DNA of 64,000 nt from assembly GCA_011109175.1 (NCBI GenBank), contig RDEW01000013.1, positions 1,122,767 to 1,186,766 of the forward strand, written 5' to 3'. The position numbers and the translations under genes are program-made. The DNA comes from Dicyema japonicum. Lineage: Eukaryota; Animalia; Dicyemida. Shown piece after piece: positions 24,546 through 37,789 of the stretch (positions within the stretch are counted from its first letter, which is position 1; each line of letters begins with the position of its first letter). The notes below the pieces were generated by a model. That model was not told the origin of the DNA, ran no database searches, and saw only the letters and a list, made by a program, of their open reading frames with translations.

Positions 24546-25199
24546 TTCAATTCAGAATATATATTTTCAGTCGTTTCACTCCCATTATTGGCAAATACAT
24601 AAAATCTATTAGATATCATCTTATATTGCCCAAACGTAGGGTTACCTATGAGACCTGGTTGTGTAAACTCATTCGTTTGATTTGAAAAGCAAGACATGAG
24701 CGTCATCTAACATGAAGATTAGCAAGTACGGGATAACCTCAATAATCTATTCAATCAAATATAAATCCAATCAGAAATTTCATTTTTCAATTCTAAACCA
24801 ATTTGAGCTGTTAAACTTCAATTAAAACGTAAAGTTAGCATAATAACCTTAGCAGCTAGAGCACGTGCTTTCAAAAACCGAGGTAGCACATAGTTCACGA
24901 CAATCAGCTGTTGAGGAAGACAATATTGCTTGTAAACCGGAATTTCTTGTTTTGCTGAGTACGAATCCTAGAAGCATCTGCGTCGGAAACATGTCGGACA
25001 ACCTCGGCGGCCGTTCGATTTGGGTTTTCTTTACTCAATTCGGCACAGAAGTCCGCATAATCCGATAAATTTAGATGGTTCTATCAACAAAACCATTAAC
25101 GTGTTTTTTTAATATTAAATAAATTATTATTTGTCATTATTTACTCACAATAATTTATTAATTTAATTTAGCGCCCTTAACTTGGTGTCTTGTCACTTA

Positions 25200-26905
25200 C
25201 TCGAAAAGGTTTCACCCATTGCGGAAAGGAACGAAAAGAGCCATCAACTTTTCTCCACCACTTGGGGCTTCCCGTAACTATGTGCTTCCGACTACGTCTG
25301 GTGTCATAATTGTTCTGGACTATTGATCCTTCTATGTGGCGACATTGAAACAAAGCCTGGTATACGTGGCGACTTAATTATAAGGAAGATTCTGGAACTT
25401 TGAGCTCTTCTCTCCGCAAATCGAGCTGACCTTGCTAACATCCTCCACGCCAACATTTTTCTTCCAAGAATACATAGTGATCCGTAAGGACAATCAGGGA
25501 AGACCAGGTGAAGGACTACTCGATTATAAAGAACGACATACCTTTCATTGACGTGAGTTGACGGACCTCCGATCCTTTGAGCTCAGACAATACCATGGAG
25601 CAGATCACCTTCAACATGGAGCTGTTCTTGTTTTTTGGATTAATTTGATTAACCCATACATCCTACCAAAAGCATCCTGTCCAAAATCCAACACCTCACA
25701 CATACCCCGCCTCTCAGTATTAAAGAACATTTTAATATGCGGCGACCTAAATGCCCGACACCCCGTTAGGCTTCCTTCACAATTTCTGACAGCTGAGGCG
25801 AGTTCATCGCAAATAGTCTTGTTAATATAATTATCCTGTATGACTCTAAATTAGACACAAGAATCCCAATCCCATCCTCCTTATGTTAAGAAGATTTCGG
25901 AGACTCCGGACATTGCAGACAGAAGCGAAAAGTTTCAAGAACTATAAGAAGGTTGGCTGGCATTGCATCTCTAACTTCGTTGATATGGAATTGGTCAATC
26001 AGAAGATTTCGGAGACTCCGGACATTGCAGACAGAAGCGAAAAGTTTCAAGAACTATAAGAAGGTTTGCTGGCATGGCATCTCTAACTTCGTTGATATGG
26101 AATTGTTCAAAAGACTATCATCATATATACGTTCAATAAATGAAGCTGCAAAATCATAAGTGTGGCCTTTCAAAGGCTGACAACATATTTATTCCTCTTT
26201 TTTATACCTACCCTCAATTTCCGGACACTTACACTCATAAAACGAAAAAACCTTATGAAAAAATGCCATCCGACAGAGTTAAATTCCATCAGAAAACAAA
26301 ATAAAAGTATCAACAAGAACATAATAGATCACTAGGCTCAGAGATGGTGTCACCTGGTCAATCGCATAAATGGAAAAAGTACATCCCATCAATTCTGGAC
26401 TACACTAAAACAAATTAAATCGAGTTGGAGGATGCACATGGAACCGGTAACCATTCAATGAAACAAGTAATTTGTAACATACACCCTAACCTACTTATGA
26501 AACATTACACTGCGATCAGCTTTAAAGCATTCTCTAAACACCTGGATATCAAAGTACGTGCCATTAAACCGAAGAAAGAACCTTACAAAAAACTATCCTC
26601 ATGCAAGCAGGTATCAGAGGTTATGGCCGGACTAAAGAACTCAAGGGCTTGCGGCTCTGACTTAGTATCTTCGATTCACCTGAAACACCAAAGCGAATAC
26701 GCAATTGACTACCTCATGCATGTGAGCAACGTGTCTATTAACTACAAAATTATTCCCAAGATTTCAAAGAACTTTGTTATCAAACGAGTCTTGAAGGCTG
26801 GCAAATCGGAGGGAGAACCTGCTTTGTACAGGCCGATCTCCATAACCAGCACATTATCAAAACCTCTTGAAAAACTCGTACTATCCATTATTAAAACTTT
26901 CTGAA
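25200..26905 (+). mobile_element. Degraded APE-RT LINE with 2A-like motif (internally deleted)
   Basis: LLILLCGDIETKPG (~25320-25361), IRKDNQGRPGEGLL, LICGDLNARHP, RACGSD, YRPISITSTLSKPLEKLV. Confidence 0.85.
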
Positions 26906-27149
26906 AAATAGTAAAACCCAAAAAGCTAGTTGCAGCAAACATTACTGTTTTTACGTTCAATTTCAGATGTCTAATCAAAGTTTTGAAAAAAAACTCTGTG
27001 TGAAGACCTAAAGAAATATAAAGTCGGGATCAGATGCCTTTAAGATACTAAACGGCTAATAGACCTGAAGAACTTCATGGAAACTATAACCTAATTTTCT
27101 TGTCTGGTGAATTGAAACACTACGGCTTAAAGTCTCAACCCAGTATGTG

Positions 27150-27420
27150 AACATGAAGATCCTTAAAGTCGCTACTTGGAACCGCGTAGAGGAACCTTCA
27201 TAGGAAGAAAAGTACGGGAGAAGAAACATGCCAGAAACCTTACTTGCTAATTTCTTTCAGGCGGATGATTTATTCATCTGCAACACTGCATGCATGCACC
27301 AAGTAGACTACATGAATTTGGCGTGACAAGAGCAATTGGAGGAGGATGAAGCTGATGCTAGTTTCTCTGTTCATATAATACTTTGCAATGACACCAACTT
27401 TAAGTTATGGTACCACCAGA
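27150..27420 (+). mobile_element. RTE-type APE endonuclease fragment
   Basis: YGRRN...LANFFQADDLFICNT relic. Confidence 0.5.
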
Positions 27421-27899
27421 AGGCATCCAATGAACCTAGAAAAAGGACCATTCTCCCTACACTGTTTCAACTCTTTACAAATAACACAAAATGAAATATT
27501 CTCATACAGAATTAAAAAATCATTGGGGACAAGGTTTATTTTATAAGTGACGATCGAAAGAGGGGAAGAAAATAGTTCCAGGTTGTTTGAAGATAATTTT
27601 CTGTGGTTCATCAAAAGTAATCTTATTTGCTGACAATGAATTCCCGCATAATTTTATCGCAAATAAGAAGGTAAGTAACATTTGAAGATTCCGATCTAAC
27701 GCTTAATGAGGGTCTTTTTGGTTTCTTGTAACATAGTTCTTCCATAGCTTGGATAGCACAAAACATCGATCGACTACTGGATATTTTTGGTATTCAAAAT
27801 TCTAGATGGATAGCTTTACACAATTGCTGTCAGATCGCTTCATGGCCGTTTGAGACAGAAAACAAAGAGAAGTTAGTTTTAATAATAATTTTTGATTTT

Positions 27900-30875
27900 A
27901 GAATGTAGCAGTTGTGGGAAAGATTATTCCAGTTGTGGAAGGAGTGCAAATACTCATTATTGATGCTATCCTGGCACTGGACGTCTATTTAGACAAGTAT
28001 AGATCACACAACGCCTCACTAATAAAACGTGGAAAAAATGAACGGAGAAACTTTGACCAAGTAGACAATGGGCTGGATCACATATACAGAGTACATCACT
28101 GGAAAATAACATATTAAGAAATTAAAATTATTTGATGACTCATAGCTTTATTACATGATAGAGGACGCAATGAGAATTACCTCTCATGATCGCGAGTCCA
28201 ATATTCTGGAGAAGACATCGCGTCATTCTTGGCCGGGGTATCAAACATGTTGACTCACCCTCTTCATCCAGAACCAAGAAAAGGGATTTTCGCAGAGAGA
28301 TAAACAAGAAGATCATGGTCGGGGACATTCGGGGAGCCCTACGTATACTCTCCAGCAGCGACAAAGTTCTTTCACCAAGCAAAGAAACCTTAGACCAGTT
28401 AGTTCAGAAACATCCGCCCGCACCAGCTGATCTACGTGATACGAAAATTCAAAATGATGTCCCACAACTAAATGCCACCCCTGATGATATTAAATGGTCT
28501 ATTCGTGCATTTCCTGGAAGCAGCGGCGCCGGTCTGGACGGCATACGCCCAAGCCACATAAAAGACCTCACCTCTGTAACAACCGTCGACACAGGGGACT
28601 CCCTCATCGTCTCATTGAATGCTCTTACGAACCACGTTTTTCGGCAGATATCTCGGAATATGCTCGAGAACTCCTCTTCGCTTCAAGGTTGGTGGCCTTC
28701 AAGAAGCCTTGCGGCGGGATAAGACCCATCGCCATTGGTAACGTCCTTAGGCGCCTATCGTCGAAGATCGCTGCCAGAGCAGCCACCAAGACTTTAAATG
28801 CCGAACTTAGTCGTGTCCAACTCGGAGTTGGAGTACCTAATGGATGTGAAGCAGTAATACATTCAATCCGGAATTTTGTTGCAGCCCTCCTGACGCGCAG
28901 GATTTAATTATAGTCAAACTGGACATACATAATGCATTCAATAGCATCCGAAGGGATAGAATCATAGAAGATAGTGTCTCTAGGATTCCTGAGATCAGCA
29001 GGATGGTCAGACTCTCATATGGTTTCCCGTGTACGCTGATCTTCGGACAACACGCCATCAAGTCCAAGACTGGACTCTCACAAGGAGACTTACTTGGCCC
29101 TCTACTCTGCTTTGAGTATCGACTGCGTATCATCTGCGATCAAAACTTCTTTGAACTTATGGTACCTTGATGACGCGACCATTGGGTGGAGTTGGGAAAT
29201 TGTTGTGGAAGAAGTTAAACGCGTCATCCCTGCCCTCGGGGCACTCGGATTGGAGCTGAATCCATCGAAGTGCGAAGTTATTAACGTGACCTGTGGAGAG
29301 AACACCTTTGAACTCGCAATAACGACCATTTCTACTTGCCTCCAGGACATCAAAGTCACCCGACTAGAAAAAGCGATTTTCCTCGGATCTCCTCTGTATG
29401 ATATGTCAACTGTTATGGAGGAGGAGTGAATCTGTACAGCTGCTCACGCACAATCTAAAGGCTTTGGACTCCCACATTTCTCTTTTCATCCTCAAGAATT
29501 TTCACCTTACACCACGACTTCTTTTTTTTCTACGGACATCCCCATGTTTCACAGACATGGATTTCTTGAGAGTTATCGATAAGAAGCTGAGGACCTCTGT
29601 CAAAGAAACACTTAACATCTCTCTGGATAAAGCATGGTGGACCCAATGCAAGTTACCACTTCGTTATGGAAGAATTGGGATACGCTCGGCACTTGAACTC
29701 GCCCTCCCAGCCTTTCTGTTTTCGACATATGCTTCCCGTGGTCTAGTTCACCAGATCTTACGATACATTAACGGATAGGACACTGAACCAATGGCATGCA
29801 TGGCTCACGATGTTTGGATTGGACTTAATTTGGGACTCCCGAAAAACTTCAACTTTAACAAACAACGAGACTGGAACGAACTTGTATGTTCGAGGACCAT
29901 CGATGAGCTAAAACCACAACTCGACCAGCAACGTCTGGTTCGTCTGGCTACCGCATCAACAAACGTAAGTGGTGCATGTCTCATAGCATTCCCGTGCATT
30001 TCACTCGGAACTTTTCTGGACGATTACTCCACGAGGATTGGGGTTTGCGTCCGCCTCGGAATCGATGTTTGCGCAATCAATCGCTGTAGATGTGGAGTAA
30101 TAGTCGACGCGAAAGGACTCCACGCACTTTCCTGCCGAAGGAGCACTGGAAGGAGCCTGAGACATAGTGCAATCAACAAGGTTATTGCGTGGGGACTAGA
30201 AGCTGCCGGATTCCCTGTCCAGATAGAGCCCCTAGGACTTGCCACGGCAAACAGAATGCAGGATGGAGCGACTCTGTTCCCGTGGGATGCTGGGAAGTAC
30301 CTGGCCTGGGATGCCACCTGCGTAGATAGCTTCTCCCTTTCCAATATTACAATGAGTGCGACAAATCCAGGATCAGCTGCAGAGAAAGCAGAAATACTTA
30401 AGGCAAAGAAGTACACATGCCTCGGCGAGCAGTACACATTTGAACCAGTCGCTGTCGAAACTTCGGGAATCATAGGAAGCAGTTCGTTAGCCCTGCTCAA
30501 CAAAATTNAGGATGGAGCGACTCTGTTCCCGTGGGATGCTGGGAAGTACCTGGCCTGGGATGCCACCTGCGTAGATAGCTTCTCCCTTTCCAATATTACA
30601 ATGAGTGCGACAAATCCAGGATCAGCTGCAGAGAAAGCAGAAATACTTAAGGCAAAGAAGTACACATGCCTCGGCGAGCAGTACACATTTGAACCAGTCG
30701 CTGTCGAAACTTCGGGAGTCATAGGAAGCAGTTCGTTAGCCCTGCTCAACAAAATTAGATCGTTAGTCGCTAAAAAAAGGAGGGATGAGAGAAGAGCTGG
30801 CTCATTGAGCGCATCTTTTTACAGATCGTAAGGAGAAATGCGCTCTCAATCCTAAGAGCGGCTAGTAGCCTTTAA
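27900..30875 (+). mobile_element. Near full-length CRE-clade non-LTR retrotransposon (RT plus REL endonuclease), frameshifted
   Basis: SSGAGLDGIRP, LVAFKKPCGGIRPIAIGNVLRRL, QLGVGVPNGCE, LDIHNAFNS, QGDLLGP, YLDD (~29163), CRCG..HALSC zinc knuckle, DGATL..WDATCVD, FEPVAVETSG. Confidence 0.93.
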
Positions 30876-31100
30876 CTATTTGGTTTTATTCTTCAATAAA
30901 TTGTTATTATCAAAAAGAATTAACACGAATTTAGCCTTGAACACGTCTCTGGCTCATTGAGCGCATCTTTTTACAGATCGTAAGGAGAAATGCGCTCTCA
31001 ATCCTAAGAGCGGCTAGTAGCCTTTAACTATTTGGTTTTATTCTTCAATAAATTGTTATTATCAAAAAGAATTAACACGAATTTAGCCTTGAACACGTCT
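30797..31100 (+). repeat. 152-bp tandem duplication of the CRE 3' end and flank
   Basis: 30797-30948 repeats at 30949-31100. Confidence 0.85.
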
Positions 31101-31614
31101 TCAACATTTAATTCAACATGTAAACTTCTCAATGCGAAGCCACCGACAGAAAAAGTTTTCATTGACATGAAAAAGCATTCGACACTGCGTCGATTAAACA
31201 TCTCATTGCCTAAAACTACTCCACTACCAAAATCAGATTAAGATCGATATTGACCCAGAACTCCCACTCTCCAATATGTAACCTGTTCATCTGAGAAATT
31301 GCAGTCGCGAAAAGATTTATACTTTCCGAGACGCAACGTGCAAATTTTAATAAGCTAAAAAAAAAGTTTTCTTTTTAGCGGGTCTAATCAACACTAGGAA
31401 TCATAGTGAACGCGAAAGTCTGCGTATCATAATTAGCTTTTTCTTAAATTCGAAATATTGACCCGCACATGTGACGTTGTAAAGAAATCTCTCGTTTTAG
31501 GCATAATGAACTGCAATAAATTTATGGTTTCGCGTTTTGTATTTTCTGACTATTCGAACTTTCCTGATAAATTTACTAAAAAAATTATTTTGATGTCTAT
31601 AATATGACTAAATT

Positions 31615-31927
31615 GTATGATATCGTACTTTCCGAAGAACCATGTCAGTTATCGCTCCCCACAGGCAGAACACACACTTTATTGAAGCAAAGAACAGTAA
31701 TAATAGCTAATCGAGGGAGGATCAAGGTCTTCACTTTTTTGTTTTTCTTGGGTATGTACTTTTAAACTATCCAGTTGCACAGTGTTTGTCTACTGATGAA
31801 GGCGTCACTTGTCAAGCCCTTTTTAGCATCGTAGATGCGTGGAACATTCCACCAGGTGAACAACAGCGAGAATCGAACTCGTGACCAAAGCCACTTTGCC
31901 CGACACCTAACCAGTATGCCACCTGAC
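31615..31927 (-). mobile_element. tRNA-derived SINE
   Basis: Minus strand GGTGGCATACTGGTTAGG...GAGTTCGATTCTC plus the conserved core and tail. Confidence 0.85.
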
Positions 31928-32322
31928 TAAATTGTATAATCGCATTAATGAAATTTGCTAATAAAAAGCCAAATGATAAACAGGTCATTTAGTGAAATAT
32001 ACATTCAATCTTAGAAAGCATTAATAGAATAATTAGTCATTATTTTGCCTATAATACAAACATTTATATAATAAATAGTAATTATGCGTGTGACCAAAAT
32101 AGTTATATGTTTATCGAAATACAAAGTTTAGTCACTATCATTCTCAAAATATTTTGACGTCTGGCTAATTTCAGAAGCTATGTTTTCCTTTAGTCGATCA
32201 TCGTGGATATTTAGCGAAAGAACTCATCGTCAATTACTCGACAGGGATCAAAACTACATGAATTATAAACTAAATATTAGTCGACTAATGAATTTGTAAG
32301 TCATTATTATAATGGAATAATA

Positions 32323-33169
32323 TTAATAATTGAATTTGCCAATCGCTAAAGAATAATAACGTTTTCTTCTTTTATATTGTAGTATGAAAGCGATAGCAAT
32401 GATCAGGATAATAACACAAATTCCTATTAAATATTTGATTTCTAAATTAAAATTATTATTACTGAGAGGATGAGAGTTTATTTTATTTAAAGTAACATGA
32501 GTTGTTCTATAACTTTGAGTTGTAGTTGTAGTTAATTTTTTATTCAAATGAAGTGTTGACTTGAATCGAAGATCTCTTTCAAAATCACACCCGTGGGCTA
32601 AATGTCAGATACAATAATAACCTTTTCCAGTAAATATTGTATTATTATCTGTTTTAAATAGTTGCATTTTCATATCTTTTATTTTTATAGTTCCGTAATT
32701 TGGAATTGTTACAACTATTTCACTGCAGTTATAATAACCGTTATTTAAAATTTTCGAAGCTGGAGTATACATAAATGTATGACGTGAAATCAATGTTAAT
32801 TCCCAGAAAACAAATATTTTATTCGATACAATGTTAAATAATATTCTGAATCTTATATCATTTTTAATCCATTTAAGGTGACCAAATAAATGTTCACTAA
32901 AATAATAATCAAATGATGCGTCGATTAAATTATCATTTTTATTCTTTTATTAAATAAAATGTGATTACAGTATTATTAATTTTGTGTTCAACTTCTATTA
33001 TTCCACTGAATAACGATACAACTTTATCGTTCTTTACTCCACCCCACAAAGGTACATCATCATACAACTTTTCAAAAGTATCAACATTCCTCAACACATC
33101 TGTATTGCATACTAAACACGTATATATTCCTATTATTAATTTATTTTGTAAACCTAGTAATTGGAACAT
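32323..33169 (-). CDS. LAMP-like type I membrane glycoprotein, class A (257 aa), copy 1
   Basis: Introns 33130-33153, 32944-32968, 32598-32621 (24/25/24 nt) give a 774-nt open CDS: hydrophobic N-terminus MFQLLGIYTCLVC, LAMP-like GYYNC...IKDMKMQLF...FTGKAHGCD, Thr-rich stalk, TM helix, tail KRRKRYYSLAIGKFNY. The gene model is better supported than the LAMP assignment. Confidence 0.78.
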
Positions 33170-33314
33170 TCTCACAGCAATTGTTCTAATTTAAATCAAA
33201 AATTATTTAAATTAAATAGAAACAAATTTAAATAAAATAAAGATTAATTTTTAATTGTTTGATAAATATTATGTGACATACTGGATTGATTAAGAAATGA
33301 ATATTTATATGCAG

Positions 33315-34698
33315 AGTTTTTCAATCAGAAGGGACCCTAGAATTCAAAGAGTATCTTGATACCTGTACAGAAGGCGAATAAACCAAGATCTAAGGTGGAG
33401 AACCTCCGTCCGGTCATATTAATGAATTCACTTCGGAAAATTCTGGCGAACATAACATTACAAAGGATGGAAGGACGCCTAGATACTTTTCTGTCGCTAT
33501 ACCACAGCGGATTCCGAAAAGGAAGATCTACTTCCGATGTTTTGTGGTCCCACAAGTGGAGATCTGCGGCCGTTCAAAAGTTCAAAATATCTACAACCAT
33601 CCTCGGAATCGACATTTCGAGGGCCTTCGACTCTGTCGACAGACGGAGGCTAATACTGGTTTTGGAAAGTTTCCTATACGCTTCCACTGTCAGAATGGCC
33701 ACCACCCTCCTAGCTGATACTTGGCTCACTGTATGAGTCGGGGGAGCCTTGTCTCGCCGATTTGAGACGACTGCTGGCACTCCACAGGGAGACCCATTAT
33801 CACCTATACTTATTGTCATATACCTCGATGCTGCTTTACGGAAGGCAAAACCGATAATGGGTGAAAAGACAAACATTATTGCGTATGCTGACGACGTAGA
33901 CTTTATTTCAAACGACAAAATACCGCTCACCCGCTTGATGGAAGAAGTGTCCGGAAGACTAGCCGAATGGTTCCTAACAGTAAATCCGGACAAGACTGAC
34001 GAAACTGAACTCAAGAGGGAAAAAACAAGGACGGAGGAGTACTGGCGCAAATGCAAAAAGCTTGGCTCCCTCCTAGGAGACCATGAAGAAATTACGAGAA
34101 GGAAAACCCTACCACAAACTGCCCTCTCCAGATTAAAGAACACCTGGCTCCACAAAAAGGGCCTTGACATTATAACAAAAACTCGATTATACAACTCGCT
34201 AGTGAAACCCATACTACTATATAACGCTGGTACTTGGGCCTGCTCAAGAAATGAACTGAAGAGGCTTAATGCGTTTCATAGAGACCAACTACGGCATATG
34301 ATGTTCGAAAGAAGTGATACGAGGATGTCATCTAATCTTTTTTATAAGAGGACGAAGACCTCAGAAATTTCTAATGAGATTCTGGATACACGATGGAGGC
34401 TTTTCGGCCATATTCTGCGACTGGACCTAGATGCCCCCGCGAACGTAGCCATGGAGGATTACTTCATGTTGGAGGCCCCCCGTTTCCGTGGTCGCCCAAG
34501 GACGACACTGGCAGTCGTTCTCGACGAGGACCTCAAAGAAATGGGACGGCATCTTGGAAGTGGAGAGGATCTTGACTGGTTGCGCACTGCGGCTTTGAAT
34601 AGGAGGAAGTGGATGAAACTAACCAGTGATTTGCTAACTCGTGTTGCACATGCTTTGTCAAGTCCTATGACATAGCGATAAGTGCTTATAATAATAAT
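33315..34698 (+). mobile_element. 5'-truncated RTE-clade LINE with (TAA)n tail and 15-bp TSD
   Basis: NLRPVILMNSLRKILA, GFRKGRST, DISRAFDSV, GTPQGDPLSP, YADD; TSD AATATTTATATGCAG at 33300-33314 and 34699-34713. Confidence 0.95.
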
Positions 34699-35099
34699 AA
34701 TATTTATATGCAGGCATCAGCTATTGTATTCATTTCAAATTAGGGTTAAAGATTAGGATTGTGTTATGCATTGGGTATTAAGATAAGTCCACATGTCAGA
34801 TAATACTGTCTCAAATATTGTAGATGATTTAATATAAACATAGAATAAAAGTAACGTCAATATAAATGACGTTGTGACGTTTTGTTTAATCTGTTTCTGT
34901 AGAAGTGGAAACTGGATACAATTAACTAGTTTTTTTCTTTCACTTCTTTCTCAGTTTATCTTGGGTTAATAAATAATTTAAATTCATCGGTTCTGAAGGT
35001 TTATTTTAAATGAGTTTTAGGATTTCGAAAAATTAGCAGAATGGTGAAACTTCCATTTCGTTCCCCATGCACGCTTGAGATATTGTGGAGCAGTAGAGA

Positions 35100-36250
35100 A
35101 TTGAGATATTATAGCAGCAGTTGTAGAGTCAGCTATCTCAGCACTATCAGCACATGGGTTAGAACCGATTCCGTATGAATGTGAAATCATAAACGTTGCT
35201 CGGGCAGAGACGATATTGTCCGTGCTGAGGCTACGATTTTTATTTTCTCCTGGATCTCTTGATCACCCGAATCGAAATCGCAATTTCTTTCTGGTATCCT
35301 CTATACGGTAGTAACATATCCAACCCTGGAAAAGAAAAATGCATTTTTTGATGACTGCCTTTCTATCTTCGACATAAGCTTCCAGTCTTCTCACACGGCA
35401 GATCCTAAGCTATTTTTTCTGATCGGACGCTGAACCAGTGGCATGCATGGCTCGGAAAGTCTGGACGCGATTGAGTGTTAGATTCCCTAAGAACGCTAAT
35501 AAAAAACGAGAATGGGACAAGCTTTTATTATCAAAGATCATAGAAGAGATAAAACCTGTGTTTGATCAGCATCTACTGGCTTGTCTGGATTCTGCATCGA
35601 CGAACGAAAGTAGTGTCTGTTTCAGTATTACCATGCACTTCACTTGGGACACTTTTGGATGACGACGCAAACGAGGGTTGGGGATTTCGTACGCCTCGAA
35701 ATAGATGTTTGCACGATACATCGCTGAAAATTTGAAAGAATGGTCCACACGAAAAGTCTTCAGCTATTTCCTGCCGGAGGAGTGCTAGAAGGAGTCCAAT
35801 ACACGCTGCAATCTACGAAGCTATTGTTGGGGAATTGATGCTGCTGGATCTCCTGTCCAATTAAAGCCACCCGGACTCGACCCATCCAACCAAAGACCGG
35901 ACGAAACAACTCTTTTCCCATGGGAATGCTGTAGATACCAAGGACGCCACCTCTGTGGATAGCATCTCTCTTCAATTTTGTTATGCCAGCAACTAACCCA
36001 GGCTTTTCTTTGGAGAAGGCTGAAATCCTAAAGATGAGGAAATACGTATGTCTCTGTTAACAGTTTATCTTTGAACCAGTGGCTGTGGGAACGTCAGGAA
36101 TCATAGGTAGCAGGTCACTTGTCCTATTTAACAGAATCGGTTCCCTCATTGCAAAAAATAATTGGAGACAAAAGAGCTGGCACATTGAGCGCACTTTTTT
36201 TGCAGATCATCAGGGGAATTGCTTTCTCGATTATAAGAGCACCAGTAGTT
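35100..36250 (+). mobile_element. Old CRE-clade 3' relic (also at ~44080-44770 and ~49380-50560)
   Basis: Homologous to 29250-30870, e.g. CTGAACCAGTGGCATGCATGGCTC and TTTGAACCAGTGGCTGTGG. Confidence 0.8.
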
Positions 36251-36391
36251 GTTAACTGTTAGTTTTTGCATTAACCTGTTTTTATTTAAAAAAGAATGAA
36301 GTCACTTAATTAGTCCAGCTAATATGAAAAAATAGTGAATGAACCCAATATTATTAAAACCCAAAATACCCGATAATTAATTATGAAGTAA

Positions 36392-37299
36392 CTATAATTG
36401 AGAATATCTTCTGTTATATTTAAACGAGAAAATAATAGTAACAATCAATGAGAATGAAACAGTTACAACTAGAGCTATTATATATTTGTTTTCTAAATTT
36501 AAATTAATATTACTGAAGGCATCAAAGTATGTTAAAATTCGAGTACTATGAGTCGTAATAGTCTTTAATTTCGTACTTAAAGGAACATGTGATGTTAATT
36601 TTTTTGATTTGAATTCTACAAATTATATTTTATAGTACTTCTTATATGACTATGAGTTGTAGTTAATTCTGTATTCAAAAGGAGTGGTGAATTGAATCGG
36701 AGATCTCTTTCAAAATCACATCCCTGGGCTAAATATCAGTTAAAATAATTACCATTTCCTGTAAATATTTTATTATTATCTGTTTTAAAAAGTTGCATTT
36801 TCATATTTTTATTTTTATAGTTCCGTAATTAGGAATTGTTACAACTATTTCACTGCAGTTATAATAACCGTTATTTAAAATTTTCGAAGATGGAGTAAAC
36901 ATAAATGTACGACGTGATATCAATGTTAATTCCCAGGAAACAGATATTTTATTCGATACAATGTTAAATAATATTCTGAAACTTATATCATTTTTAATCC
37001 ATCTAAGGTGACCAAATAAATGTTCACTAATATAAAAATCAAAAGATGCGTCGATTAAATTATCATTTTTAATCTTTTATTAAATAAAATGTGATTACAG
37101 TATTATTAATTTTGTGTTCAACTTCTATTATTCCACTGAATAACGCTACAACTTTATCGTTCTTTACTCCACCCCACAAAGGTACATCATCATACAACTT
37201 TTCAAAAGTATCAACATTCCACAACACATCAGTATTGCATACTAAACACGTATATATTCCTATTATTAATTTATTTTGTAAACCTAGTAATTGGAACAT
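36392..37299 (-). pseudogene. LAMP-like gene copy 2 (A-type 5' half, B-type 3' half), apparent 1-nt deletion in exon 3
   Basis: Same intron set plus a 23-nt fourth intron; tail KYNRRYSQL*. ATAAAAATATGA near 36805 versus ATAAAAGATATG in the other copies gives a premature TGA (could be an assembly error). Confidence 0.72.
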
Positions 37300-37789
37300 T
37301 CTCACAGCAATTGTTCTAATTATAAATCAAAAAATTATTTAAATTAAATAGAAACAAATTTAAGATTAATTTTTAATTGTTTTGATAAATATTATGTGAC
37401 ATACTGGATTGATTAAGAAATGAAAATTTATATGTAGGCATCAGCTATTGTATTCATTTTAAATTAGAGTTAAAGATTAGGATTGTGTTATGCATTAGGT
37501 TTTTAGAAAAGTCCACATGTCAGATAATATTGTCTAAAATATTGTAGATGATTTAATATAAACAAAATAAAAGTAACGTCATTATAAATGACGTTGTGAC
37601 GTTTTGTTTAATCTGTTTCTGTAGAAGTGGAAATTGGATACAAATAACTAGTTTTTTTCTTTCACATTTTCTCAGTTTATCTTGGGTTAATAAATAAATT
37701 AAATTCATCGGTTCTGAAATTTTATTTTAATTGAGTTTTAGGATTTCGAAAATTAGCAGAATGGTAAAACTTTCATTGATGAAGTTTTC

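Larger units (their letters stand above)
31236..36770 (+). repeat. ~5.5-kb direct segmental duplication, copy 1 (copy 2 at ~45572-51060)
   Basis: Collinear SINE, class A LAMP-like gene, RTE with the same TSD, spacer, CRE relic and class B gene 3' end; only scattered SNPs and indels. Confidence 0.92.

Noticed and set aside
30260-30757. 249-bp tandem duplication within the CRE endonuclease domain
   Set aside because: The copies are joined by a single N (30508) and differ by one visible SNP, typical of overlapping contig ends joined by a scaffolder.
32323-33169. Ciliate-type genetic code (TAA/TAG = Gln) as an alternative to tiny introns
   Set aside because: Frame changes require removal of 23- and 25-nt segments, genes end sensibly at TAA, TAG or TGA, and the tRNA-Gln has a standard CTG anticodon.
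32961-33194. Plus-strand ORFs with hydrophobic starts (also 37091-37342, 47269-47520)
   Set aside because: Antisense to exon 2 of the LAMP-like genes, whose minus-strand model explains the conservation.
33574-34212. 212-aa and 236-aa (47884-48594) minus-strand ORFs; also 30024-30752
   Set aside because: Antisense shadows of the RTE and CRE coding strands.
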